From an uncultured cyanobacterium (GTDB taxonomy: Bacteria; Cyanobacteriota; Cyanobacteriia; Cyanobacteriales; CAWCAG01), in NCBI GenBank assembly GCA_963803805.1, contig CAWDOD010000010.1, forward strand, positions 288,001-352,000: a DNA stretch of 64,000 bases. Direction: 5' to 3'. Position numbers and translations under genes: made by a program. The notes beneath the pieces were generated by a model that was not told the origin of the DNA, did not search any database, and saw nothing but the letters and a program-made list of their open reading frames with translations. Below, in pieces: positions 40,852 through 49,491 of this stretch. Numbering within the stretch: position 1 is the first letter of the stretch; each line of letters opens with the position of its first letter.

Positions 40852-41021
40852 GTAGGGTGGGTTAGGCGGGTTTAAATATATCTGCATCTCCTAGCAATCT
40901 ATGTCCGCCGTAACCCACCGCATTTGATGTTTATTGCATATTAATTTATTGGTGGGTTACGGCACGAATTAAAGGTTATTTGTTTGTAGTGGAAATTATC
41001 TCTGTGCCTAACCCACCCTAC
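40852..41021. repeat. Long-loop REP doublet (REPIN-like) between cas3 and cas10d
   Basis: GTAGGGTGGGTTAG-GCGG[loop]CCGC-CGTAACCCACC, spacer, GGTGGGTTACG-GCAC[loop]GTGC-CTAACCCACCCTAC. Confidence 0.88.
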
Positions 41022-41240
41022 GGAAGATGATATTTTTTTTCCATATAAAGTTAGTCATTAATTTATCTCCAAATTTGGAAGAAGAGAGAGGAAAGCTTGT
41101 TTACAGTAAACTGTTCTAGGTTTGTTCTTTAAGTTGTAACTTAACCAACCATCTGCTTGATTTTTTTAGCTTTAGGGGGTGAAGATTACCTACGTTTTAA
41201 CTTACTACCGAAAGCTGGAGTTAAGTAGCTTTCCTACTCT

Positions 41241-43427
41241 TTAAAGTTGAGGAAGATTCCCTGCTAGTAGCGGGGCAATCCTCCCTTTACTTTTCAAACG
41301 ATAAGCGAGAATATCTACCAATAACGCTGACTGCCCAAAACAGATTGAATAGGGTGCTGTAGCATCATGAATACTCGCCTCGTCGCAGATAGGATAAATC
41401 TGAAAGTGCATCGGCAACTGTAAACGCATCCTCACCTCCGCAACGGGGCAAGGCAACAGATAACAAACCAAACCTTCTAACTTCAAGCATTGATTAAGCT
41501 TACTAATCCAGTAATTATCCGGTTGCCAAACTTGCAAACCTAATAAAACTTGTACCTTCCAAGCATCAACAAGGGGTTTTAAATCCCCAGGATAAGTAAA
41601 TTTCCAATTCAACCTCTCTTCTCGATATTCATGTAACTTAAGAAAAGCGAGACAGTAACTAAATCTCCCTTTAGCTATGGGTTCCTCCAAATCCTTAACA
41701 GTCTCTCCCAACTGACGCAGATATGCTGCTTTTGTCATGGGTTCAACTACTAAGTTACTCAAAATTCCCGGTAAACCGTAGGTTTTAAAACGATCTGCTT
41801 CATTGTTTTCTGTTAAGTCATAAATGCCACATTGCAAAGGACTTGAACCGCGAAAACTAGCTGCATCCTCTAAAATAGGGTTGCCCTTTTCCTTGCCAGA
41901 AAGTTGCAACCACTCCCTTTCCCAAGCTTTGCTGCGTCCGAAAACTGACTTTAAGTTGGCATCAAATATCTTCTCACAAGCTGCCAGAAAAGCCTGCTGA
42001 CTCCCAGCATATTGCTGCCTAATTGTAGGCGCACCTAACTGCCGACACAGTACCATCGATTGCACTGCACCCCAACGGGAATAGTAATGGCTAAAATCAT
42101 TAATCTTGCGATATTTATCTTTAATCTGATTGTGAAAAAAGAGGCGTTCACAAAGTGTCTCCGAAGGAGAATCGCAAACTCCCCCATTTTCTAAAGGTGG
42201 TGAATCTCCTAAAAACAACCTCTCTACCAAAAAGTTTGGTACTAAAGCATAAGCAGTAAACTCTTTAAATTCAACATCTCCATAACCACCATGTCTCCCC
42301 AAACGTCCCAAACGTTGGATAAAGTTACCTGCATCTGCTGCTTCAAACAGGAGGAAGTTAATCTTAAAATCAACACCAACATCAATCGTACTCGTACCAA
42401 TCACTAAATCTGCACTTAGGGATTCCAGCTTCTCCCTTTTCCCAGATAAGCCTGTATTTTCCCCCACAGTTAAGCCGTGAGGTTGCAACAGTTTTCGTAA
42501 CCAAGGGGTTAAACGCTTCACTGCGGCAATAGAGTTGAGAATAATTGCCCCTTTGCTACCAGGGGAAGTAAGAAAACGATTAACAATCAACTCACCATTC
42601 TCTTTAATCCAAACTTCCGAAGCTTTAGACTTAGATTCTAAGGAAACAAAATTTAAGTTAATTCCCCTTGTTACCAACCGCCATCCTGATGTTGCTGCAA
42701 AGCGATATTTATCTTCTGCAATGGGATCAATGATGCGACAACGAAACCCTGCATCCTGCAAACGTCCCACAAATTCAGAATGAGGAGTAGCTGAGAGGAA
42801 AAGAAATTTCTTCTGGCGATTAGTGTAGCGGATCAACAACATGGTATTGATCACACTAGTTTCCTGGGGAGGGGCAAAAACATGAAACTCATCGAAGATA
42901 AACAAATTAAAAAGCTTGTCAATCTGGTTCCACAGCCGATCGGGACTATCGCCAAACATGAGATACTTACTACGATGCAAGTAATGAAAAATATCAGGAT
43001 TAGTCAGTAAAACTTCTGAATTATTTGCACGAGTTTCTAAAGCAGCCCTCTTTTTTAACCCTTCCTTTTCAGCATAAATTTCTAAATCCTCCCCACTAAG
43101 GCGATTAACACGAGGATCATCTTCCGGTTGAAACTTGGCAATGTAATCATAAACTTGTTTTTCTTGATCCCTTGCTAACTCGTTTGTGGGATATAAAGCG
43201 ATCGCATAGGATTCTCCTTGTAAAGTGTCCAGGTAAGCCGCTAAACTTTTCCCATCCCCTGTCATCGCTGTGTTGAAAACCACATCAACTTCAGGATCAC
43301 GAATTGCTTTTAAGGTTTCCAGTTGATGCCAAGAAAGCCTCCAACCTTCAGGTAATTTAATCCCCTCTGGTAACTCCGTTGCCGGGGCAGAATAAACTGG
43401 TTTTAAAGTGATTGTATACTCGGACAT
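41241..43427 (-). CDS. cas3: Type I-D CRISPR helicase Cas3'
   Basis: TAMTGDGKS, YPTNELARDQ, FDEFH, LSAT, STIDVGVDF and QRLGRLGRH motifs; no HD domain, as expected for I-D. Confidence 0.95.
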   Translation of the reverse strand: MSEYTITLKPVYSAPATELPEGIKLPEGWRLSWHQLETLKAIRDPEVDVVFNTAMTGDGKSLAAYLDTLQGESYAIALYPTNELARDQEKQVYDYIAKFQPEDDPRVNRLSGEDLEIYAEKEGLKKRAALETRANNSEVLLTNPDIFHYLHRSKYLMFGDSPDRLWNQIDKLFNLFIFDEFHVFAPPQETSVINTMLLIRYTNRQKKFLFLSATPHSEFVGRLQDAGFRCRIIDPIAEDKYRFAATSGWRLVTRGINLNFVSLESKSKASEVWIKENGELIVNRFLTSPGSKGAIILNSIAAVKRLTPWLRKLLQPHGLTVGENTGLSGKREKLESLSADLVIGTSTIDVGVDFKINFLLFEAADAGNFIQRLGRLGRHGGYGDVEFKEFTAYALVPNFLVERLFLGDSPPLENGGVCDSPSETLCERLFFHNQIKDKYRKINDFSHYYSRWGAVQSMVLCRQLGAPTIRQQYAGSQQAFLAACEKIFDANLKSVFGRSKAWEREWLQLSGKEKGNPILEDAASFRGSSPLQCGIYDLTENNEADRFKTYGLPGILSNLVVEPMTKAAYLRQLGETVKDLEEPIAKGRFSYCLAFLKLHEYREERLNWKFTYPGDLKPLVDAWKVQVLLGLQVWQPDNYWISKLNQCLKLEGLVCYLLPCPVAEVRMRLQLPMHFQIYPICDEASIHDATAPYSICFGQSALLVDILAYRLKSKGRIAPLLAGNLPQL
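42147..42170. mobile_element. 24-nt small dispersed repeat inserted in-frame into a HIP1 site in cas3
   Basis: GCG|TTCACAAAGTGTCTCCGAAGGAGA|ATCGC; removing the insert restores GCGATCGC. Encodes SPSETLCE. Confidence 0.8.
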
Positions 43428-43439
43428 AACTTACATTTT

Positions 43440-43519
43440 GTGTCCGTAACTTGTTGATATTTCCTATCATGCCACCCACAATAAAGATAATCAAGAAGTT
43501 TCCGTATAAAGTGTCCGTA
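43440..43519. promoter_or_regulatory. Repeated GTGTCCGTA motif in the cas3/WYL divergent promoter (candidate operator)
   Basis: GTGTCCGTA at 43440 and 43511, GTTTCCGTA at 43498. Confidence 0.55.
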
Positions 43520-43524
43520 CAAAT

Positions 43525-44403
43525 ATGAGCCGTCAAGGTCAATCCATAACCCTATCAATATCGGAACCTGATAAAGCCGAATTAGAAAGCCTAGCCTTAG
43601 AATTTGGTATGAAGTGGGGTGAACGTCCTAACATTTCTAAATTAGTAGAAGCGATCGCCCGTCGCAAACTCCAAATTGCCCCTAACCACAACTGGGAAGC
43701 TAGCCGCATCAACGCCTTGGAGAAAGCAAAAAACGCTTTAATTGATGCAGGCATGATCGAAGAGGCAACGGCGATCGCTCACTTGCTCCTTGAACGTAGC
43801 GAAATTACCATACCTTTAAGAGATAGAATCCAACAATTTCTGGGTAATCCTCCTCCACCGTGGCGACTAGAATTGGATAGATACATCAAGCGTCAACAAC
43901 CCTTTCAACTTTTTTACCAAGATGCTACAGGTCGTCCCTGGGATTTCACGGTACGTTATGCTCAAATAGTTTCTCATCAAGAAAGGCAGTATTTAGATTG
44001 TTGGTGTGAAGAAATAGAAGGAAACTTAGATATAGAAGCACTCCAACATAACTGGAGTTTACGAATCGACCGTATCCCCGAAGCTGCTATTATGCCAGTG
44101 AAGGGTCAATGGCGAGGGAATTTAGATAAGGTGCAAGTAGAAATACACTTTTTTGAACGGTTAGCCTTTGCTTATAAGGTTAAGGCAGAGGATGAGTTAA
44201 GTGAATGGCTGCCGGAACAACCGAGAGTAAAACGTGTATTGCGTCTAATTTCTAGTACCTATTGGTTGATCCGAGAAATATTCAAAAATTCCCCTGATGC
44301 AGCAATTATTTCTCCCCAATCAGTACGCGATCGCTTTATCAAACAGCTAGCTTCCCTGAATGAGAAATATGGTTTGGTAATTCAAGCAAAAGATGATCAG
44401 TAA
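43525..44403 (+). CDS. WYL-domain transcriptional regulator with N-terminal ribbon-helix-helix (Sll7009-like)
   Basis: SITLSISE..LESLALEFG..PNISKLVEAIA (RHH-like), QYLDCWCEE and NWSLRIDRI (WYL); divergent from cas3. Confidence 0.9.
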   Translation: MSRQGQSITLSISEPDKAELESLALEFGMKWGERPNISKLVEAIARRKLQIAPNHNWEASRINALEKAKNALIDAGMIEEATAIAHLLLERSEITIPLRDRIQQFLGNPPPPWRLELDRYIKRQQPFQLFYQDATGRPWDFTVRYAQIVSHQERQYLDCWCEEIEGNLDIEALQHNWSLRIDRIPEAAIMPVKGQWRGNLDKVQVEIHFFERLAFAYKVKAEDELSEWLPEQPRVKRVLRLISSTYWLIREIFKNSPDAAIISPQSVRDRFIKQLASLNEKYGLVIQAKDDQ

Positions 44404-44439
44404 AAACTGCATTTCAAAAGATGCGGCCCTCAATGGTCT

Positions 44440-45366
44440 TTAATTTGTTTTAGCACGCATCAGCAGAGCAGTTTCGGGCGGTACTCTAACCTTTGAGGCT
44501 AACTTAAAAAACTCAAGGCTTTTAATAAAGCCAAAGGTGGGATCTGGTAAATAAACAACTTCTCCATTTTTAATCGTAATGCCATGGCGACTGGATGACT
44601 GAAAAGCATGATGAAGATTATGCCAGCCTTCACCTAAAGTTAGAAAGGCGACAAACCCATTATTGCGGCTGTTATCATCGGTGACAAAGGGTTGCTTGCC
44701 AAAAATATGGCTGAGGGAGTTGACAGTTTGCACTCCATGAAATAGCAAAGTTGTGCTAAGGAAAAAAGCACCGAGATATTCCAGCCCACCAATACCATAG
44801 GAAATAGCCCCAAGTACTATTAAAGGGAGGAAATGTAGGCGATCAATCACCCTTAATACAATATCTTTTTCAACATCTGCTGGCAGTTTGTCAGGAAGGA
44901 AACAAGAGGATAACAGCCAGCCCCCTTGCGACCAATAGAACCCTCTGATACCTTGAGTTGGAGTGTAGGGAGAATGGGTATCAAATTCTTGATCTGCATA
45001 TTTATGATGAGCTAGATGATGTGCTTTCCACCAACTGGGCCCCATTTGCCCTGCTGAGGCTCCGACGATGCAACCCAGCCAGAGAAATAGAGGGGGAGTT
45101 TGATAACTTTTGTGGGTGAGTAGGCGATGGTAAATCCCTGTGGTTGCTAGCATACGGATAGCATACAAAAATACGAGCCAAACCACAGCCCCCCATGACA
45201 AACCAGTTGTGAAAACAAGTAGTGAACCGATATGGCTAACCAGAATCAGTATCGGACCGATTACATAAGCAATCATTGTCGGTAATGAGTACTGCTTCAT
45301 GGTACTGATTGGCGTAGATGCAGGAGAATTAATTTGTGTCATGTATGAGACGAATGGCGATCGCAC
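44440..45366 (-). CDS. Delta-9-type acyl-lipid/acyl-CoA desaturase
   Basis: His boxes HRLLTH, HHLAHH and GEGWHNLHH; the start may be at 45342. Confidence 0.9.
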   Translation of the reverse strand: MRSPFVSYMTQINSPASTPISTMKQYSLPTMIAYVIGPILILVSHIGSLLVFTTGLSWGAVVWLVFLYAIRMLATTGIYHRLLTHKSYQTPPLFLWLGCIVGASAGQMGPSWWKAHHLAHHKYADQEFDTHSPYTPTQGIRGFYWSQGGWLLSSCFLPDKLPADVEKDIVLRVIDRLHFLPLIVLGAISYGIGGLEYLGAFFLSTTLLFHGVQTVNSLSHIFGKQPFVTDDNSRNNGFVAFLTLGEGWHNLHHAFQSSSRHGITIKNGEVVYLPDPTFGFIKSLEFFKLASKVRVPPETALLMRAKTN

Positions 45367-45556
45367 TGAATAAGTAGTAAATACCAGTTATCATAACTCT
45401 TACTATATAAATGGGTGGCAGCTTAACTAATCATTTATCATTGATAACTAGTGGTCTATCAATTGAAAATTGAGGGGGAAAGGGAACCTTTCATCATCAA
45501 AACTATCCTTAAAATGCTGCTCTGAGAGATTACTAGTAACCGATAACTGATAACTG

Positions 45557-47713
45557 ATGCTCAATTTCCCGAAAACCATAGCCCAAGAACTTTCCTTACG
45601 TCCTTCCCAAGTCGAAAATACCCTGGAATTGTTAGCCCAAGGAGCAACCATTCCTTTTATTTCTCGCTATCGTAAAGAACGTACTGGAGGGTTAGATGAG
45701 GTTCAGTTAAGGGAGTTGGCTGACCGCTATACTTATCTGAGTGAGTTAGAAAAGCGCAAAGAAAGTATTTTAGAGGCCATCGCCTCCCAAGGAAAGTTGA
45801 CGGCGGCTTTGCAGCAGCAAATTGAGTCTTGTCAGCAGAAAAATGAGTTAGAAGACCTTTATCTTCCTTATAAAGCTAAGCGTCGTACTAGGGCAACAGC
45901 AGCGCGGGAGAAGGGTTTGGAACCTTTAGCAGAGTTTATTGAACAGCTTAACCATCCCCAAGGAAAATCTCTATCTTTAGAGGAGGAAGCAAGCAAGTAT
46001 TTATCTGTTGAACACAAGGTTAATACCATAGAAGATGCCCTCCAAGGTGCTAGGGATATTTTAGGGGAATTAGTGGCCCAAAAAGCAGAGTTGCGGGCTT
46101 ATTTGCGAGACTTTTTGTGGCAAACGGGGGAGTTTGTTGCCCAAGTTAAAAAGGATTTTCCCGAAGGTACAACGAAGTTTGAAATGTACCGCAACTATCG
46201 CCTTAAGGTGAAAAAAATTGCCCCCCACAACTTGTTAGCTTTGTTTCGTGGGGAAGCGGAGAAAGTTTTAAATGTGGATTTAGATTTCTCTACAGAAACA
46301 GCGATCGCTTATTTAGAAAAACAAGAAAGCCATAGCAAAAGTGCGGAGGTACGCCAGTTTTATCAAGTGATGTTGAAGGATGCTTTTAATCGCTTGCTGA
46401 AACCGGCTTTAATTCGGGAGGTACGTAGTGAAGCAAAAAACTATGCCGATTTGGAGTCGATTGAAACCTTTGCTACTAATTTAAGGGAACTTTTATTAGC
46501 ACCACCGGGGGGAAGAAAGTCTACTTTAGCTATTGATCCTGGCTTTCGTACCGGTTGCAAGGTGGCTGTACTCTCCGACACAGGACAATTTAAGGAGTAT
46601 CAAGCTATTTTTCCCCATACGGGGGAGAAGAAGCGCCCAGAAGCAATGAAAACTATTCAGAATTTGATTAGCAAGTACCATATTGAACTTATTGCCATCG
46701 GCAACGGTACTGCTTCCCGTGAAACCGATGCTTTCGTTACTGAGGCAATCGCCACTCTGCCTCAACAACCTATTAAGGTGATGGTTAACGAATCTGGGGC
46801 TTCTATTTACTCTGCTAGCGATGTCGCCCGTGCTGAGTTTCCTGATCTTGATGTTACCGTACGAGGGGCGATTAGTATCGGTCGTCGTTTGCAAGATCCT
46901 TTAGCAGAGTTGGTGAAAATTGCCCCTCAATCTATTGGGGTAGGGCAGTATCAACATGATGTTGATGGTAAGTTATTGCAGAAGAAGTTAGAAGAAACGG
47001 TGGAAAGCTGCGTTAATTATGTGGGGGTGGATTTAAACACTGCTTCTCAGGAATTACTCAGCTATGTTTCCGGCTTAAATCCTAGGGTTGCTCAAAATAT
47101 TGTTACCTACCGCAATGAAAAAGGGGCATTCCGCAACCGTCGTCAACTTCTCAAAGTAGCTAAGTTGGGGACAAAAGCTTTTGAACAAGGGGCAGGATTT
47201 CTACGCATCCGGGGGGGAGATAACCTTTTAGATAATACGGCGGTACATCCAGAAAGCTATCCTGTGGTGAAGGCGATCGCAACTGATGTGGCTATTCCTT
47301 TAACGGAAGTTAGCAAGTTGGGTAGCAAGATGCAAAACCTCGATTTGCAAAAATACGTTACTACAGAAATTGGCTTACCTACCCTCAAAGATATTATCAA
47401 AGAGTTAGAAAAGCCAGGTAGAGATCCTAGGGCAGAGTTTAAATACGCCACCTTTAAAACGGGGATCAATGAGGTTAAGGATTTACAAGAGGGGATGGAG
47501 TTAGAAGGAGTTGTTACCAATGTGGTTAACTTTGGTGCTTTTGTTGATGTTGGTGTACATCAAGATGGTTTAGTTCACATTTCTCAATTAGCTAATCGTT
47601 TTGTAAGCGATCCTAATGAGATAGTTAAGGTAGGAGATATAGTGAAAGTGAAAGTTTTGGAAGTTAATGAAAAGTTAAAACGAATTAGTTTGTCAATGAA
47701 AGCAGTTTGCTAG
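45557..47713 (+). CDS. tex: Tex-family RNA-binding transcription accessory protein
   Basis: GATIPFISRYRKERTGGLDE, IDPGFRTGCK, IGVGQYQHDV and a C-terminal S1 domain. Confidence 0.96.
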   Translation: MLNFPKTIAQELSLRPSQVENTLELLAQGATIPFISRYRKERTGGLDEVQLRELADRYTYLSELEKRKESILEAIASQGKLTAALQQQIESCQQKNELEDLYLPYKAKRRTRATAAREKGLEPLAEFIEQLNHPQGKSLSLEEEASKYLSVEHKVNTIEDALQGARDILGELVAQKAELRAYLRDFLWQTGEFVAQVKKDFPEGTTKFEMYRNYRLKVKKIAPHNLLALFRGEAEKVLNVDLDFSTETAIAYLEKQESHSKSAEVRQFYQVMLKDAFNRLLKPALIREVRSEAKNYADLESIETFATNLRELLLAPPGGRKSTLAIDPGFRTGCKVAVLSDTGQFKEYQAIFPHTGEKKRPEAMKTIQNLISKYHIELIAIGNGTASRETDAFVTEAIATLPQQPIKVMVNESGASIYSASDVARAEFPDLDVTVRGAISIGRRLQDPLAELVKIAPQSIGVGQYQHDVDGKLLQKKLEETVESCVNYVGVDLNTASQELLSYVSGLNPRVAQNIVTYRNEKGAFRNRRQLLKVAKLGTKAFEQGAGFLRIRGGDNLLDNTAVHPESYPVVKAIATDVAIPLTEVSKLGSKMQNLDLQKYVTTEIGLPTLKDIIKELEKPGRDPRAEFKYATFKTGINEVKDLQEGMELEGVVTNVVNFGAFVDVGVHQDGLVHISQLANRFVSDPNEIVKVGDIVKVKVLEVNEKLKRISLSMKAVC

Positions 47714-47770
47714 TTGCTAATATCTCCTAACCGCAGGCAACAGTAAGTTCTCAAAATTATTTATTATCCA

Positions 47771-47980
47771 TTATTTTTTTGCAGCCAATACTGCTTCAGA
47801 AAAACAAGCAGATAAGGGAACTAAATCGGTGAACTCGTGAGGAGTTGTTTCGCTTTTATTCTTCAGTATTACTGCTGACAAGTCAGGCATTTTTTCCCTA
47901 CAGTGGGGGCAAAACCAATAAATTTTGCTGTGAGCAACATGGCGTAGCATTAAACGAGAGCAACAAGGGCAGTCAGTCAT
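47771..47980 (-). CDS. Small zinc-ribbon protein (cyanobacterial)
   Basis: CPCCS..MLRH....YWFCPHCREKMP, two Cys pairs. Confidence 0.75.
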   Translation of the reverse strand: MTDCPCCSRLMLRHVAHSKIYWFCPHCREKMPDLSAVILKNKSETTPHEFTDLVPLSACFSEAVLAAKK

Positions 47981-48025
47981 GATTTTGATCCTAAATAAAG
48001 TTTTAAAAAAAGATGATTTAATGAT

Positions 48026-48074
48026 TAAGTATCAACAAGGGTCAAACTCGAAGTTTGACCCTTGTTGATACTTA
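48026..48074. terminator. Perfect 23-bp inverted repeat overlapping the stop of the ComFB-like gene
   Basis: TAAGTATCAACAAGGGTCAAACT-CGA-AGTTTGACCCTTGTTGATACTTA. Confidence 0.6.
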
Positions 48075-48386
48075 GGTGATTGAGGCTGTTTGTTGTAGTG
48101 TAATTTTTGTCGCCAAAATATCTTTGATTCCTCTACTAATTATTGACTCTTTTTGCAATCTTCTAGCTGCTGGTTCTCGATATAAATATTCTAGTTCAGT
48201 TACTTCTTGCCCTTGCTCAATAGCAACATATGAGTTAGGAATCCTACTAAGAACATAGGCGAGTAAGTCTTGATACAAGTCGTTTTGGGCGTAAGCAGCT
48301 TGAATAGCATAGGGCTGTTCTGCCAAAATATACTTGATTTCTTCACCCACAGAAAACAGTGTTATGTTGACTAGATTTTTACTCAT
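48072..48386 (-). CDS. ComFB-family (late competence development) protein
   Basis: LVNITL..V.EEI...L...QDLLAYVLSRIPNSYV pattern typical of cyanobacterial ComFB domains. Confidence 0.7.
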   Translation of the reverse strand: MSKNLVNITLFSVGEEIKYILAEQPYAIQAAYAQNDLYQDLLAYVLSRIPNSYVAIEQGQEVTELEYLYREPAARRLQKESIISRGIKDILATKITLQQTASIT

Positions 48387-48609
48387 CTTCTTCTGAATAC
48401 CATCGCTAGTTAGATAAGATTGAATTGAGACTACACACTTTGAAAAAGTTGCAGTTCAAGTAAAAACGAACAAACTGATTTACTATACTTTTAACCTTAA
48501 CTTACTAAAAAGAAATAAATGGGGTAAAAATCGGTTATAAAACGGTTAAGTGAAGTTAACTAGAAAAGAGCAGTTATCAATTACAAGTAATTTAGAAAAA
48601 ACCCCTGAA

Positions 48610-49284
48610 TCAAATCTGCTTTAAGCGATAACCGATACTATGAACTGTTTCAATAAGATCACGGGGAGCGCCTGCTGCCCTTAGTTTACGCCGTAGACTT
48701 TTGATATAAGTTTTAACCGTTTCATCTCCGGGGGGATCTTCAAGTGACCAAATATGTTCAATAATGATACTGCGGCTAAGAACTCGGCGACCATTACGTA
48801 AAAAAAGTTCTAGGAAACCATATTCTTTTTGAGTTAAATTGAGAGGTTTATTATTATAAAAAGCTTCAAAAGTACTAGGATTAAAAGTCAAGTTCTCCCA
48901 ACGCAAAATTGGTAAAGATTGATTGTTTCCTCGGCGTAATAAGGCTCTAATCCTGGCAAATAATTCTGGTAAATCAATGGGTTTAATAACATAATCATCA
49001 GCTCCCGCATCTAAACCCGCTACTTTATCATTACTAGTATCACGGGCAGTTAACATCAAAATTGGCATTGTATAGTTTTGGCAGCGCATTTTCTTGCAAA
49101 CTTCTAAGCCACTTAATTTGGGCAACATAACATCTAATAAAACAATGTCGTATTCTAAGGTTGTAATATGCTGCCAAGCTATTTCTCCATCACTAACCAG
49201 ATCGACTATGTAGCCAAGATCGCTTAGTGCTTCTGCTAACGTCTCAGCAAGAGGAATATCATCTTCTACTAAAAGAATTCTCAT
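48610..49284 (-). CDS. OmpR-family response regulator
   Basis: MRILLVEDD, LLDVMLP, LTARD, IKP and winged-helix IETVHSIGYRL. Confidence 0.95.
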   Translation of the reverse strand: MRILLVEDDIPLAETLAEALSDLGYIVDLVSDGEIAWQHITTLEYDIVLLDVMLPKLSGLEVCKKMRCQNYTMPILMLTARDTSNDKVAGLDAGADDYVIKPIDLPELFARIRALLRRGNNQSLPILRWENLTFNPSTFEAFYNNKPLNLTQKEYGFLELFLRNGRRVLSRSIIIEHIWSLEDPPGDETVKTYIKSLRRKLRAAGAPRDLIETVHSIGYRLKQI

Positions 49285-49491
49285 AAGTAAGTATTAGATT
49301 TGAAGATGAATAAGTCTCAAGAATTTTTGTTCTTCTTCATTTCCTGAAAAATCACTTTTGTCAACTCCTTATAAAATAATCATATCTTTCTTTTACAATT
49401 TGCATATACTTCTTAATTAAAAGCAAAGAAAACTAACTATTTTACTCTCCAAAAATATTTATTTAATTCATGACTTTCAAGGAGCAAAGAA

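Noticed and set aside
40825-40887. ORF-track N-terminal extension of Cas10d
   Set aside because: It derives partly from the REP element; MAKKKK at 40824 is the more plausible start.
41008-41058. 16-codon minus-strand ORF (MTNFIWKKNIIFRRVG) with a GGAG RBS
   Set aside because: Too short to support and it ends inside the REP; at most a remnant.
41022-41290. cas3-cas10d gap as a mini-array or CRISPR-like regulatory RNA
   Set aside because: Some imperfect hairpins are present, but I found no pair of repeat-like sequences, and the cognate repeat is not in the window to compare.
44440-47713. Desaturase and tex as CRISPR ancillary genes
   Set aside because: The desaturase is convergent with WYL and tex is a widespread housekeeping gene; nothing in the sequence links them to the cas operon.
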